Of a stretch of DNA of 48,239 nucleotides, positions 17,578 through 27,103 are shown piece by piece (positions within the stretch are counted from its first letter, which is position 1; the number at the start of each line of letters is the position of its first letter). Location of the stretch: contig JAYOHN010000005.1 in assembly GCA_038118245.1 (NCBI GenBank), positions 1 to 48,239 of the forward strand. Direction: 5' to 3'. Both the position numbers and the translations under genes were made by a program. This DNA comes from Poseidonia sp. Lineage in GTDB: Archaea; Thermoplasmatota; Poseidoniia; Poseidoniales; Poseidoniaceae. The notes under the pieces are model-generated. The model did not search any database and was not told the DNA's origin. It saw only the letters and a list, made by a program, of their open reading frames with translations.

Positions 17578-18246
17578 ATGGCGGAGCGGACCTGGGTGAT
17601 TCTCGCCGCCGGCGAATGGTGCCACCTCCACCGAATCGAGTCGTGGCTTCGTTCCGCTGAATGCGTCGTTGCATGCGACGGAGCGCTTGACGCCGCCCAC
17701 GCCAACAACGTCCATGTGGACTTGGTGATCGGTGACATGGACAGCGTGGCTGAGGCCACCCTCCAAGTGCACGAGGAGACGGGGGGCAAGGTTCGAAGGG
17801 TATCGGGCCAAGACAACAACGACCTCGCCAAGGCTTTCGCTCACGCATCGGCGGGCGACGTGGATCGCTGCGTGGTGGTTGGCGCCACCGGGGGCGACCT
17901 TCACCATGCTTGGGCCAATCTCTTGGAATCCAGTCGTACTTCCACGGAGATCGTCTGCCTAACGCCTGAGCATGTTTATCGATTTTTGAAGCCTCAACGG
18001 AAGTCCTCTATAGAACTTGGCGCTGGGGCGGATTTTTCAGTTTTTTCAACCCATGAAGCCCGCGGGGTTTCGGTGCGTGGAGCAGAATGGGAACTCAAGG
18101 AGGCAGTCCTCACAGCAGGTTCCCAAGGCCTGCACAACAAAGCCACCGAAGCAACCGTCGAAATCGAGTTCAAATCGGGCGGTTTGTTTGTCCTTCACGG
18201 TTATCGGGGGGATGAAGGCAAGAACGAACGGAGCATCTCAGAATAA
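17578..18246 (+). CDS. Thiamine pyrophosphokinase (TPK type)
   Basis: ACDGA, IGDMDS, QDNNDLAKA, GATGG..H..ANL, and C-terminal GAEWEL...GLHN. Confidence 0.85.
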   Translation: MAERTWVILAAGEWCHLHRIESWLRSAECVVACDGALDAAHANNVHVDLVIGDMDSVAEATLQVHEETGGKVRRVSGQDNNDLAKAFAHASAGDVDRCVVVGATGGDLHHAWANLLESSRTSTEIVCLTPEHVYRFLKPQRKSSIELGAGADFSVFSTHEARGVSVRGAEWELKEAVLTAGSQGLHNKATEATVEIEFKSGGLFVLHGYRGDEGKNERSISE

Positions 18247-19064
18247 TCGCTTTCTCCGTCCCACGCCTGTGCGCGCTCGTCGATGCGGGCGGCCTCAAGC
18301 GTTTGCTCAAACCCGCCCCAATCTTCAATCAACTTCAGTCGATATGCCGCTTTCGGCGTGTAGCCGGGAAGGAAATTCCGCCAAAGGAACGGGATGCGCC
18401 CCGGTGTGACTTGATTGACCACCCGGACGATGGAAGTGTTGCAGGTTGTCAACAAGGAGTGGTACCACTCCGGTTGTTCAGCAAGCTGGTTGAGTTTTGC
18501 AATCAAACCGAGCAACAAGGCCTTGTCTTTGCCGGGTGGAGTGATGGCACGGAACATGTAATCCTTGTTTTTCCGAGCGTGGGTGCGCAACCCCGTGACG
18601 TCTCGTTCAAAGCCGACGAGGAGGTAAAGTTCGTACGCACGCCACAGGCCATCCCATGGATGGTAGCGTTCCCCCTGTTCTCGTCGCGTCTCAAAGGAAA
18701 AAGAAAGGCAGGTGCCGTCTTCAAACTCAAAGGTGAGGTAGGTGTGAGCCAAGCCTTTGAGGGAATGAAAATGATCGACCATGAACCACACGTCCTTGAG
18801 TTCGTTGAGCTTGACCTTCACCTCGGGCTCCCAACGCTCGTCCCGGTCGCGAGTCGTGCGCCATTTGAAATCACGGACCATGCGAAACGTGATGTCGTTT
18901 CCTTCCACAATGGCCGTTGTCAGGTGCTCGCAGTCGGCTGCCCATGTCAACTCCAAGGATGGCTGCAAGGGACGAATGCGCGTGCGCCACACGAAAAACA
19001 GGCGAAGGGCGACCAGGCCGCCTACCGTTGCGAGGACCAGGGCGGTGATTTGCAAGGGCGTCAT
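18201..19064 (-). CDS. DUF4105 / Lnb-N-like membrane-anchored protein
   Basis: N-terminal TM, VRDFKWRT, AHTYLTFEF, SFETRRE.GE.Y, YEL....ERD, WYHSLLTTCNT, LPGY. ATG 19064 overlaps the upstream TGA (ATGA). Confidence 0.8.
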   Translation of the reverse strand: MTPLQITALVLATVGGLVALRLFFVWRTRIRPLQPSLELTWAADCEHLTTAIVEGNDITFRMVRDFKWRTTRDRDERWEPEVKVKLNELKDVWFMVDHFHSLKGLAHTYLTFEFEDGTCLSFSFETRREQGERYHPWDGLWRAYELYLLVGFERDVTGLRTHARKNKDYMFRAITPPGKDKALLLGLIAKLNQLAEQPEWYHSLLTTCNTSIVRVVNQVTPGRIPFLWRNFLPGYTPKAAYRLKLIEDWGGFEQTLEAARIDERAQAWDGESDYSEMLRSFLPSSPR

Positions 19065-20365
19065 TGATCCCACCCGTGCCAGACGCGCCACTCTGCATCC
19101 CACCAGTCGAGCGAACCGTCGGGGTGTTGTCGCCACAAAACGCCTTGGTCATCGGTGACCACGGGCAAGCCCATGGCGTCCGGACGTCCGTCTGCCAACA
19201 CCTGCGGTGCAGGACCCAGGGAAGGCAGGTCAAGCGGTTCAACCGTCCGTTCCCGGACAAAGGCCAAGAACACCACAAACGTGACGAGCAAGGCCAGGAT
19301 GCCGATGGAAAGCCACCCTACGGATTCCGTTGGGGTGTCGTCCCCGAGCGAGGTCGAGGGGGCAAGCGTTTCCTCGTCACCTCCATCCGTCGAAGAGGGA
19401 AGCCGAATCAAGTTCACGCCTTGCTTGGAGGAAATCATCATATCGTTGGTCACTTCAAGCGTGATGAGGTAGGCCCCGGGAGGCAGTTGAGAACAATCCA
19501 GCGTGGTTGAGTTTGCACCCTCCACCGGTGCCCCCTTGATGCTCCAAAGCTTGGACCAAGCCGAGGTGTCGACGATCCCCTCAACGGACATGATCGCGCT
19601 GCACGGCAGGTCGGTGGTGTTTTGATGGCCGACAAGGGAAAGCGAAAATTGCGGTGCAGGACGGTTGGTGATGGTGAAATTCAGGGTGGCCTCGGTTGTT
19701 TGCCCCAAACCGTTGCGGTAGGTTTCCCGTAGGGTGTAGTCTCCAGCGGGCCACGATGAGCAATCAAGGGTCCCGTGGGCATCCAGGACGCTGAACGGTG
19801 CCCCGGAAAAGGTGCGGACGCCCGATTCACCGTACCTCGGGCCGGTTTCGTCATGGAACACACGTTCCACCTCGCATGCCTCTCCGGTTTGAACCGTCGC
19901 AGCCGCATGGAGCGTTAATTCGACCGAAGGAACACGGAGAGCGGGGGTGAGAACAAAGGTGGGCAGCGGGTTTGAAGCGATGAATTCGCCGTCTTCGTCA
20001 AAGAAATCCAAGCGAAGGCGGTGTTCGCCTTTGGACCACGCATCGTACACCAGCGAGAGGTTGGTCTGTCCAGAAAAAGATACCTCGACGACCTCAAGCA
20101 CCTCGCGCTCCTTGTGCAACCCCCTCAGTTTGACAATGAGATCGTTTTGGGCAGAGGTCGAGTTGAGGACCACGACGACACGAACAGCATCGATGTCGCC
20201 GTCCTGGTTGGTGTCTATGGTGTCGTTTCGCAGGGCGAGAACGGTCAACCCTTCCTCCATGAGGCGCTCTTCTGTGGTTTGCTCGCCTGCGACGGTTGAG
20301 AGCGGGGTGCAAATGGTCAGCAGGAACAGAAAGAAAGTTCCCCACGCCAAGCTTCGTTCACGCAT
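19061..20365 (-). CDS. Secreted/membrane-anchored hypothetical protein with Ig/PKD-like beta domains and Trp-rich cytoplasmic tail
   Basis: Signal peptide, DTNQDGDID loop, repeated LDCS..P.G.Y..... module, TM, tail WRQHPDGSLDWWDAEWRVW. Start ATG 20365. Confidence 0.7.
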   Translation of the reverse strand: MRERSLAWGTFFLFLLTICTPLSTVAGEQTTEERLMEEGLTVLALRNDTIDTNQDGDIDAVRVVVVLNSTSAQNDLIVKLRGLHKEREVLEVVEVSFSGQTNLSLVYDAWSKGEHRLRLDFFDEDGEFIASNPLPTFVLTPALRVPSVELTLHAAATVQTGEACEVERVFHDETGPRYGESGVRTFSGAPFSVLDAHGTLDCSSWPAGDYTLRETYRNGLGQTTEATLNFTITNRPAPQFSLSLVGHQNTTDLPCSAIMSVEGIVDTSAWSKLWSIKGAPVEGANSTTLDCSQLPPGAYLITLEVTNDMMISSKQGVNLIRLPSSTDGGDEETLAPSTSLGDDTPTESVGWLSIGILALLVTFVVFLAFVRERTVEPLDLPSLGPAPQVLADGRPDAMGLPVVTDDQGVLWRQHPDGSLDWWDAEWRVWHGWDQ

Positions 20366-22880
20366 CGTCTTCACCTCCTGGGGCTGAAACGAGCGGTAAC
20401 GGCGGCAACTGATCGAGGGGAATCAGTTGTGGAGCGAGTTGACGCTCGTCCTCGGCCATCATCAAGTCAAGGTCTTTTCCAGCCACGAGTTGTTCCATAT
20501 ATGCAGCGCGCCGACGAGAGGTGCGAACGATGAGGGCAGCGAACGCTCCAAGCAAGAACCCGGTCCCGATGACAGCGTACGTGAGCCACGATGCGGCGGG
20601 GTCCTCACCCATGATGGCGATGGCGGCGGCAAGTTCGCCGTAATCGTTTGACCAACCGTCACCGTTGTCGTCGGGACACCCCTGAACATCCCGTTTCGAC
20701 CTGCCTGCTTCGTCAGGGCAATCGTCACGGAACGCACCGAGGGGGAGGTCACCGAACCCATCTTGGTCGGAGTCTCGCCACTGCAAGGCTTCCGTTGGAA
20801 AAGCGTCCCCGTTTCCAAAGGGGTGCGCGGGCCAGGAAGGTGTGGGGTCGGACCAACCATCGCCGTCGGTGTCTCGACAACCCAGCCGGTCGAGAAGCGA
20901 TGTTCCCCGGGTCTCCGGACAGGCATCGCCTTGATGCCCCGTCAGACGGTCGCCGTACCCGTCGCCGTCGGAATCTCGCCATTGCGTCGGCTCATGGAGG
21001 AAGGCGTCGCCAAGGTCGGACCAGCCGTCACCGTCGGTGTCTTTGCATCCCCAGCGGTCCCCTCCAGAGGACGGTCCCACCGAAGTGCCAGCAACATCCG
21101 GGCAGACATCGGCGGTCGTACCGCGTGGGTTATCGCCCCGACCATCGCCGTCAGCGTCGTGCCATTGGGTGGGGTCCTGCGGCCATGCATCGCCCGAACC
21201 GCCGGGGCTCGCCAACCACGAGGCGGTCGGGTCCGACCAACCATCGCCGTCACCGTCCGGGCACCCCCAACGGTCAAAGGTGGAATTTCCAAGCGTGGTG
21301 CGGCAGCCGTCGGGGCGGTAGGAAGCCCGCCATGTGTTTCCGTCGAAGTATTCGGTGTTATCACCAAACCCGTCATCATCGGTGTCATGCCACTGCGAGG
21401 CGTCCTCAGGGAAGGCATCGGCAAAACCCGCCGGGTGCGATGTCCACAAGTCGGTTGGGTCGGAATACCCGTCGCTGTCCATGTCGCGACAACCAAAGCG
21501 GTCGAAGCGGCTGATCCATCCCGAATCAACTTCCTCGGGAGTGGAATCGGGACACACGTCCCCTTCAAAGCCGGTTAAATTGTCACCGTATCCGTCCCCG
21601 TCGGCATCCCTGAACTGCGAGGGGATGAAAGGGAAATCGTCGATTTGGGTGGCCCCGTAGGTTTGGTTATCGCCCCAACCGTCCCCGTCGGTGTCGCGCC
21701 ACTGCGTTGGGTTGAACGGAAAGTCGTCGACACGCTGTGCTCCGAAGGATTGGTTGTCACCCCATCCGTCCCGGTCGGTGTCCAACCACTGGGTTGGTTC
21801 GAGGGGAAAAGCGTCCGACCCGTTGTCCTGGGTCCAATTTTCATCGCCATCGGAGTAGGCGTCGCCATCGGTGTCAGGGCAACCAAAACGGTCGGCAAAA
21901 GAAGCACCACGAACAAAGGGGCATGCATCGGGCTGGGTGGCGTTGTCGACAAACATCCCGAGCCCCCATAGATGCCGAGTCGCGTTGAGTCGGGAATCGG
22001 CCCAGTTGTCACCGTACCCATCTTCGTCGGTGTCGTTCCATTGCGTTGAATCGTTGGGAAAAGCGTCCGCCTCGCCAACGGGGTGAGCAAACCAAGGAAC
22101 GAACCCGTTCAATCCCCCTGGGTCAGGGTCGGAATGCCCGTCGCCGTCGGAATCAACGCACCCAAAGCGGTCGACTGAAGAGTACCCACGGCTGTACGTG
22201 CAATGGTCGCCTTGGAACCCCTCGATGTTGTCGCCGTAACCGTCGTTGTCGGAATCCAACCACTGCGTTGCATCGTCGGCAAAGGCGTCCGCACCGTTCT
22301 GCACACCCCAACCGCTGTCTGGGTCCGACCAACCGTCGCCGTCGTTGTCCAAACACCCGCTTCGGTCGTTCGTGGACGTGCCCACGAGGTTGACACAATC
22401 GTCTTCGGTGTCGATGAAACCGTCTTCGTCGGTGTCTCGGTTGGTTTTGTCGATGCTTGGGGTCAGCGTGTAATCAAAACCGTCGTTGCACCACGAGTCC
22501 CCGCCTTCCACCTTGAGCAGGATTTCTCCCGCAGTTGCAAGGGTTGTTGAAAGCGACGCCGAGGGGTTGGTGTCGTCCACGTTCGACGTCACCGAACCCA
22601 TCGTGAACGTTCCAATCCAACCGTCTCCCGGGCACCACCAGGCTGCATTGTTCATGCTTCCGGAGAACGAAACCCGAACAATATCGCCCTTCTTCCCTTG
22701 TATTTTCCAATAGTCGGTTTTGTCGGTTGGAGAACACCCGTCGGGGTCGCACACATAACCGCTTGATGAAACGCCGTCCGTGAGCCCGTTGGCGCTGGTC
22801 GGCGAGTTGTCGGCCGCCGCGGATGGAAGAGCATGGAAAAAAAGCGCCGCCAGAAGGACCACCACGACGGTGCGACGCAT
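20358..22880 (-). CDS. Membrane-anchored TSP3-like Ca-binding repeat surface protein
   Basis: Signal peptide and ~7 modules of GCxDxDGDGWSD...DAFPxxxTQWxDxDGDGxGDN...D.C, then TM + RRR. Confidence 0.85.
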   Translation of the reverse strand: MRRTVVVVLLAALFFHALPSAAADNSPTSANGLTDGVSSSGYVCDPDGCSPTDKTDYWKIQGKKGDIVRVSFSGSMNNAAWWCPGDGWIGTFTMGSVTSNVDDTNPSASLSTTLATAGEILLKVEGGDSWCNDGFDYTLTPSIDKTNRDTDEDGFIDTEDDCVNLVGTSTNDRSGCLDNDGDGWSDPDSGWGVQNGADAFADDATQWLDSDNDGYGDNIEGFQGDHCTYSRGYSSVDRFGCVDSDGDGHSDPDPGGLNGFVPWFAHPVGEADAFPNDSTQWNDTDEDGYGDNWADSRLNATRHLWGLGMFVDNATQPDACPFVRGASFADRFGCPDTDGDAYSDGDENWTQDNGSDAFPLEPTQWLDTDRDGWGDNQSFGAQRVDDFPFNPTQWRDTDGDGWGDNQTYGATQIDDFPFIPSQFRDADGDGYGDNLTGFEGDVCPDSTPEEVDSGWISRFDRFGCRDMDSDGYSDPTDLWTSHPAGFADAFPEDASQWHDTDDDGFGDNTEYFDGNTWRASYRPDGCRTTLGNSTFDRWGCPDGDGDGWSDPTASWLASPGGSGDAWPQDPTQWHDADGDGRGDNPRGTTADVCPDVAGTSVGPSSGGDRWGCKDTDGDGWSDLGDAFLHEPTQWRDSDGDGYGDRLTGHQGDACPETRGTSLLDRLGCRDTDGDGWSDPTPSWPAHPFGNGDAFPTEALQWRDSDQDGFGDLPLGAFRDDCPDEAGRSKRDVQGCPDDNGDGWSNDYGELAAAIAIMGEDPAASWLTYAVIGTGFLLGAFAALIVRTSRRRAAYMEQLVAGKDLDLMMAEDERQLAPQLIPLDQLPPLPLVSAPGGEDDA

Positions 22881-22941
22881 GTGGGCTGATGGTGAAACGG
22901 ATTATCAAAACCACCCCTGCGAGGGCTGGTGAACGGAAGGG

Positions 22942-24333
22942 TCACTTTTGCCGACCAAGGCAGTGACGCAAACAGGATTCGAGGTCGGGATGCTCAAAGG
23001 CGTAACCGCTCTCCAGCAGACGTTCGGGCAACACACGTTGCCCGTCGAGCACCAATGCCTGGGCCATCTCCCCGAGCAAGAGACGAAGGGCAAACCCTGG
23101 AGCGGGCGCAAAGGCAGGACGTCGGAGAACACGGCCCAAGACCTTCGCATATGATTTCTGGGTCACGGGTTCCGGTGCCGTCAGGTTGTACACACCTTCG
23201 CACGAGGCCGTCATCATCAGGTGGTGAATGGCGTAAATCTGGTCGGCAAGGGAAATCCAAGAGTAATACTGGCGTCCCCCGCCCGCTGGCCCTCCGCCGC
23301 CCATTTTCGTTGGGAGAAGGAGCTTTTGCAGCGCACCCCCCATGGGGGTGGTGACAATGCCGGTGCGAAGAAAAACCGTCCGAATGCCGGCATCCAGCGC
23401 CGGCTGAGCAGCTCGCTCCCAAGCCACGCACGTCTCGGCGAGGAAATTGTCGCCCGGCGACGAAGTTTCGTTGAGTTTCTCGTCGCCCCGGTTGCCGTAA
23501 AACCCGATGGCTGAACCGCACAAAAACGCAGCCGGCGGCCGTTCCAACGCGGCTAACGTTTGGGCAAGATGGGCGGTCGGAACGGTGCGGCTGCTCACGA
23601 TCAGTTCCTTTCGTTTGGGGTTCCAGCGCTTGTCGCCAATGCCTGCTCCAGCAAGGTGAATCACGGTATCAAACCCGTTCAAGTCGCCTTCCAACACCTC
23701 GCCCGTGCGGTCGTCCCACACGACCACCGCGTCGTTTTTCGCATCGTCCGGAAGAACGGTTGATGGGCGCACGAGACGCGTGACACTGTGGCCTGCGGCA
23801 GCCAAAAAGGCGCACAACTGCGAGCCGATAAGACCGGTTGAACCGCTAACGAGGACGTTTTGTCGGGGCAGGTCAGCGAAGGCTTTGATGCGGCGAAGGT
23901 CGCTTTGCACCCGGTCGGTGCGGTAAGCAAACATCTGATCGAGGCGACCTTTCACGGTAAAGGGAGCGGTCCAAAACGTGAGCGGGTGGAAAGGCAAGCG
24001 CCACTGCACGGTGTCGCACAATTCGCTGGTCTCGGCGTCGAGCGAAAGGAAGCGATGTTCGTGGTCCCATGCCCCGAACGGCCCTTTTTCCATCACGTCG
24101 TTGAACACCTCTCCCGGTTTGACGCCGTGGTGCCGCGCCACCCACATCGGACGCAAGGGGCCGAGGCGGATGCGGAATCGGGTGCGAGCGTCGTCAACCA
24201 AAGCCCCTGCTTCAACCGGCTGGATGCCTTCCCATTCGGGCATGATGCGGCGAAAGGCCCCTGGGCTGTCGTACCATGCCCAAAGGTCTTCGACAGGAAC
24301 CTCAAACCGAGCGGTGTGTTGGTAAACGGGCAC
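22942..24333 (-). CDS. TIGR01777-family NAD-dependent epimerase/oxidoreductase fused to N-terminal SRPBCC (START-like) domain
   Basis: GPFGAWDHEHRF and QMFAYR (SRPBCC). VSGSTGLIG, IHLAGAGI, SAIGFYG, CVAWE, RTGIV, SWISLAD, YNLTAP. Confidence 0.9.
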   Translation of the reverse strand: MPVYQHTARFEVPVEDLWAWYDSPGAFRRIMPEWEGIQPVEAGALVDDARTRFRIRLGPLRPMWVARHHGVKPGEVFNDVMEKGPFGAWDHEHRFLSLDAETSELCDTVQWRLPFHPLTFWTAPFTVKGRLDQMFAYRTDRVQSDLRRIKAFADLPRQNVLVSGSTGLIGSQLCAFLAAAGHSVTRLVRPSTVLPDDAKNDAVVVWDDRTGEVLEGDLNGFDTVIHLAGAGIGDKRWNPKRKELIVSSRTVPTAHLAQTLAALERPPAAFLCGSAIGFYGNRGDEKLNETSSPGDNFLAETCVAWERAAQPALDAGIRTVFLRTGIVTTPMGGALQKLLLPTKMGGGGPAGGGRQYYSWISLADQIYAIHHLMMTASCEGVYNLTAPEPVTQKSYAKVLGRVLRRPAFAPAPGFALRLLLGEMAQALVLDGQRVLPERLLESGYAFEHPDLESCLRHCLGRQK

Positions 24334-24342
24334 GGCAATTCC

Positions 24343-25887
24343 TCATTGGTGGGTGGAGTAGAAGCCCGGACCTGAGCCAAGCAGGGTGCTTTGCCGGGCA
24401 TCTCCGTTGTATTTTTCGACATAGGCCTTTGTTTTGTATTTACGTGCCGTAGAGGCGCTGGTCATGCACCGAATCTTGCCGTAAACCGCTCGTTCAGTCC
24501 AGCCTCGGTCAAATTTGCCGAGCACCCAACCGATGCCCGTGTATGAATTGGGGTCGCGACCGTCCAAAGCCCATCGGTCGTTGAGGGCGATCATTCGTTC
24601 CATGGCCTCTTGAGGCGTGGGTGACCATTCCAAGATTTTCTTTCCCCAAAGCATGCGCAAGTAGTTGTGAATGATGCCTTCTTGGCGGAGTTGGTTTTGG
24701 GCAGCGTTCCAAAGTGGGTCGTGGGTGGACGCTGTTTCCAATTCTTCAAGCGTGTAAAGGTAAGGACGCTCATCGGTCTCGTGCTCTTCGAGGGTGGTTT
24801 GGGCCCATTGAGGCAACGAATCGTAGTCGGTGTGGTTCTCGACCATGGCACAATGAATGAAACCGATGTCCCTCCAGGTAATGATTTGGTCCAAGAAGGC
24901 CTCAACGGGTTCTGAAAGCCCCCACCAACCGCTGCGGCGACCGTCGTTGGGAGGGTTCACCAAACTCACGTCCCATTGATGGTGGGTGAAGATGTCGTGC
25001 AACACGGCATGGACGCTGATGTGGCCGAAGTGCAACCAGGGAGACAACCCGCTCGCACCGCGTTCTTGGGGATGGTTTCGCCGTTCGTGGTAGGCGGCTA
25101 AACGGCTGGAGAAGAACTCCTTCCAGCGTCGCTTCCCCTCAAGGTGACCGCCTCGCTTTCCAACGACCGGCTGGACATCGTGGTCAATGCTGAGCGTAGA
25201 GAGCGCTTGGCGCCCCACATCGCCGCCTTCGGCGACGCGCCAGAGAAACTCGTAGGGCGTTGGTGGCGTGTTGGTTTGCGAGAAGACCTCCTCCACCGTG
25301 CCCTTTGGGAGTCGGGGAAGGTCGTCGGTGGACCGCAGAGGCTTGGCCTCGGGGAACTCGTGCATGTGCTCCCGAATGGTTTTGTGGAGATGACGGCGCA
25401 GGGAATAGGCGGTGGAGAAATCACGGCCTTGAGCACGCATCGCCATGAAGCCGTTGGAATCCACGACATGGACTTCACAGGGTTGCACCGAGATGGCCGT
25501 GTCGAGCACGTGCTTGGGATAATAGGTTGGGTAATCGTCAATGACGCACGCTCGTGCTCGGTGCAACCACCCCTTGAGCAAACCCGAGGCCTCCTTGCGT
25601 TTGGTTTCGACGTACGGAACGTAGGTGACGCTCGACTGACTGAAACTGTCTCGGTTGTCAATCATGCCTTGGAGCACGAAGGTGGAGATGCGATCGTTGG
25701 CCCAACGGTGTTGGAGGGCCAAGCATTCCACCACCACCAGCGGGAGGCCGTGGTCCCGTGCAAGGTCAAGAGCGTGGTCGAGGGCGTGGTTCCAGTGCGG
25801 GCGGCGTGCGGCCGTCATCCAGTAAACGATGAGGTCACCCTCAGGGTTGGGCTCGCCGTGGATTTGGAGGCGAGTGGATGGAATCAT
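24343..25887 (-). CDS. phr: Class II CPD DNA photolyase
   Basis: YWM..ARR..WNHAL, SGLSPWLHFGHIS, THDPLWNAAQ, HNYLRMLWGKKILEW, NDRWALDGRDPNSY, DRGW.ER.VYGKIRCM. Alternative start is GTG 25896, overlapping the NUDIX stop. Confidence 0.93.
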   Translation of the reverse strand: MIPSTRLQIHGEPNPEGDLIVYWMTAARRPHWNHALDHALDLARDHGLPLVVVECLALQHRWANDRISTFVLQGMIDNRDSFSQSSVTYVPYVETKRKEASGLLKGWLHRARACVIDDYPTYYPKHVLDTAISVQPCEVHVVDSNGFMAMRAQGRDFSTAYSLRRHLHKTIREHMHEFPEAKPLRSTDDLPRLPKGTVEEVFSQTNTPPTPYEFLWRVAEGGDVGRQALSTLSIDHDVQPVVGKRGGHLEGKRRWKEFFSSRLAAYHERRNHPQERGASGLSPWLHFGHISVHAVLHDIFTHHQWDVSLVNPPNDGRRSGWWGLSEPVEAFLDQIITWRDIGFIHCAMVENHTDYDSLPQWAQTTLEEHETDERPYLYTLEELETASTHDPLWNAAQNQLRQEGIIHNYLRMLWGKKILEWSPTPQEAMERMIALNDRWALDGRDPNSYTGIGWVLGKFDRGWTERAVYGKIRCMTSASTARKYKTKAYVEKYNGDARQSTLLGSGPGFYSTHQ

Positions 25888-25892
25888 GGTGT

Positions 25893-26396
25893 TCACCGTT
25901 TCCCCCGAAATCGTGAACGTCCCGCCCGGTAGACGGCGTAGGGCCCGCTTCGCGGCGTCAATCCGTCCTGGTGGAGGGTGACCGCCGGCTGGGTAAGACC
26001 GTCGATGGCGAGTTGGTGCATGGTTTCGGAAACCCATTGAAGGTTGGTGAGTTCTGCGAGGGTGAACCAAGCGACCGATGAGATTTCGTCGCTGGCGTGG
26101 TCAGCCGCCGCTTCGCCCACCTGCATTTCGTAACAGAGGAAGACGGCTGGCCCGTCGTTACGAAGCGCCGTGCGAACGCCAGAAAGACCGATGACGGTGC
26201 CTGCAAACCCCGTTTCTTCATGCAGTTCACGAACGGCTGCCGCCTCTGGACTTTCGTTGGCTTCGACGTGGCCTTTGGGCAGGCCCCACCGACCAGCATG
26301 GCGACCAGCGGCTTCTTGGACCAAGAGGACGCGCCCATCTCGTACGGCCAGAGAGGCAACGCCGAGGTCACAAAGCAACTTAGCCATGTTCTCCAT
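25893..26396 (-). CDS. NUDIX hydrolase
   Basis: WGLPKGHVEANESPEAAAVRELHEETG Nudix box. Start at 26396 or 26387. Confidence 0.9.
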   Translation of the reverse strand: MENMAKLLCDLGVASLAVRDGRVLLVQEAAGRHAGRWGLPKGHVEANESPEAAAVRELHEETGFAGTVIGLSGVRTALRNDGPAVFLCYEMQVGEAAADHASDEISSVAWFTLAELTNLQWVSETMHQLAIDGLTQPAVTLHQDGLTPRSGPYAVYRAGRSRFRGKR

Positions 26397-26484
26397 TTTG
26401 TTGCATACTGTATATGAAGAACGGTTTCCTTCCAGCAGAGGAAAAAGACGATATTTTATATACAAATTGAACCGATTTTCTAAC
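26397..26484. promoter_or_regulatory. Back-to-back TATA promoters of the NUDIX-phr and ribA arms
   Basis: AT-rich spacer. TTCATATA on the minus strand (26418-26411) and TTTTATATA on the plus strand (26454-26462), each a short distance upstream of its start codon. Confidence 0.7.
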
Positions 26485-27093
26485 ATGCTGGGGGCGCCAC
26501 AACCATTAACGACACAACCCGAAGCGGAAGCCTTGCTCCCCACCAAACACGGCGAGTTCAAAATCCGAGCCTTTCGCGACCCGAGCGACGGTAAAGAACA
26601 CTGCATCCTCTTCGTTGGCGATCTGTCCGAAGGCACCCCGTTTGTCCGCATCCATTCCGAATGCCTGACCGGTGACGCCTTTGGGTCCCAGCGCTGCGAT
26701 TGCGGCCCCCAACTCGAAGCGTCCATGAAGGCCGTCCAAGAAGCCGGTCACGGCGCCATTGTCTACCTCCGCCAAGAAGGAAGAGGGATCGGCCTCTACG
26801 CCAAAATGCAAGCCTACGCTTTGCAAGACATCGGCTACGACACGCTTGATGCCAACCTCGCCCTCGGTTTGCCTGCCGATGCCCGACGGTACGACTTCGC
26901 AGCAGAGATGTTGTATTCCATGGGCGTCACGGACATTGAGCTTGCGACCAACAACCCCGACAAGCGGAAACAGCTGCTCGACAACGGCATCAACGTGGCG
27001 AACCGTGTCCCCATCGTGGTCGGACAGTGCGCCCACAACCGCTCCTACCTCTCGACCAAAGCCAAGCGAATGGGCCACATTCTTCCCATTTGA
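26485..27093 (+). CDS. ribA: GTP cyclohydrolase II
   Basis: VRIHSECLTGDAFGSQRCDCGPQL, YLRQEGRGIGL, DARRY, TNNPDK, YLSTK..RMGH. Start ATG 26485. Confidence 0.95.
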   Translation: MLGAPQPLTTQPEAEALLPTKHGEFKIRAFRDPSDGKEHCILFVGDLSEGTPFVRIHSECLTGDAFGSQRCDCGPQLEASMKAVQEAGHGAIVYLRQEGRGIGLYAKMQAYALQDIGYDTLDANLALGLPADARRYDFAAEMLYSMGVTDIELATNNPDKRKQLLDNGINVANRVPIVVGQCAHNRSYLSTKAKRMGHILPI

Positions 27094-27103
27094 GGTCGTT
27101 GAG

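Noticed and set aside
20600-22440. Recurrent CCGTCGCCGTC-like DNA as a CRISPR or tandem repeat
   Set aside because: Explained by DGDG codons in protein repeats; no constant repeat-spacer period and no cas genes.
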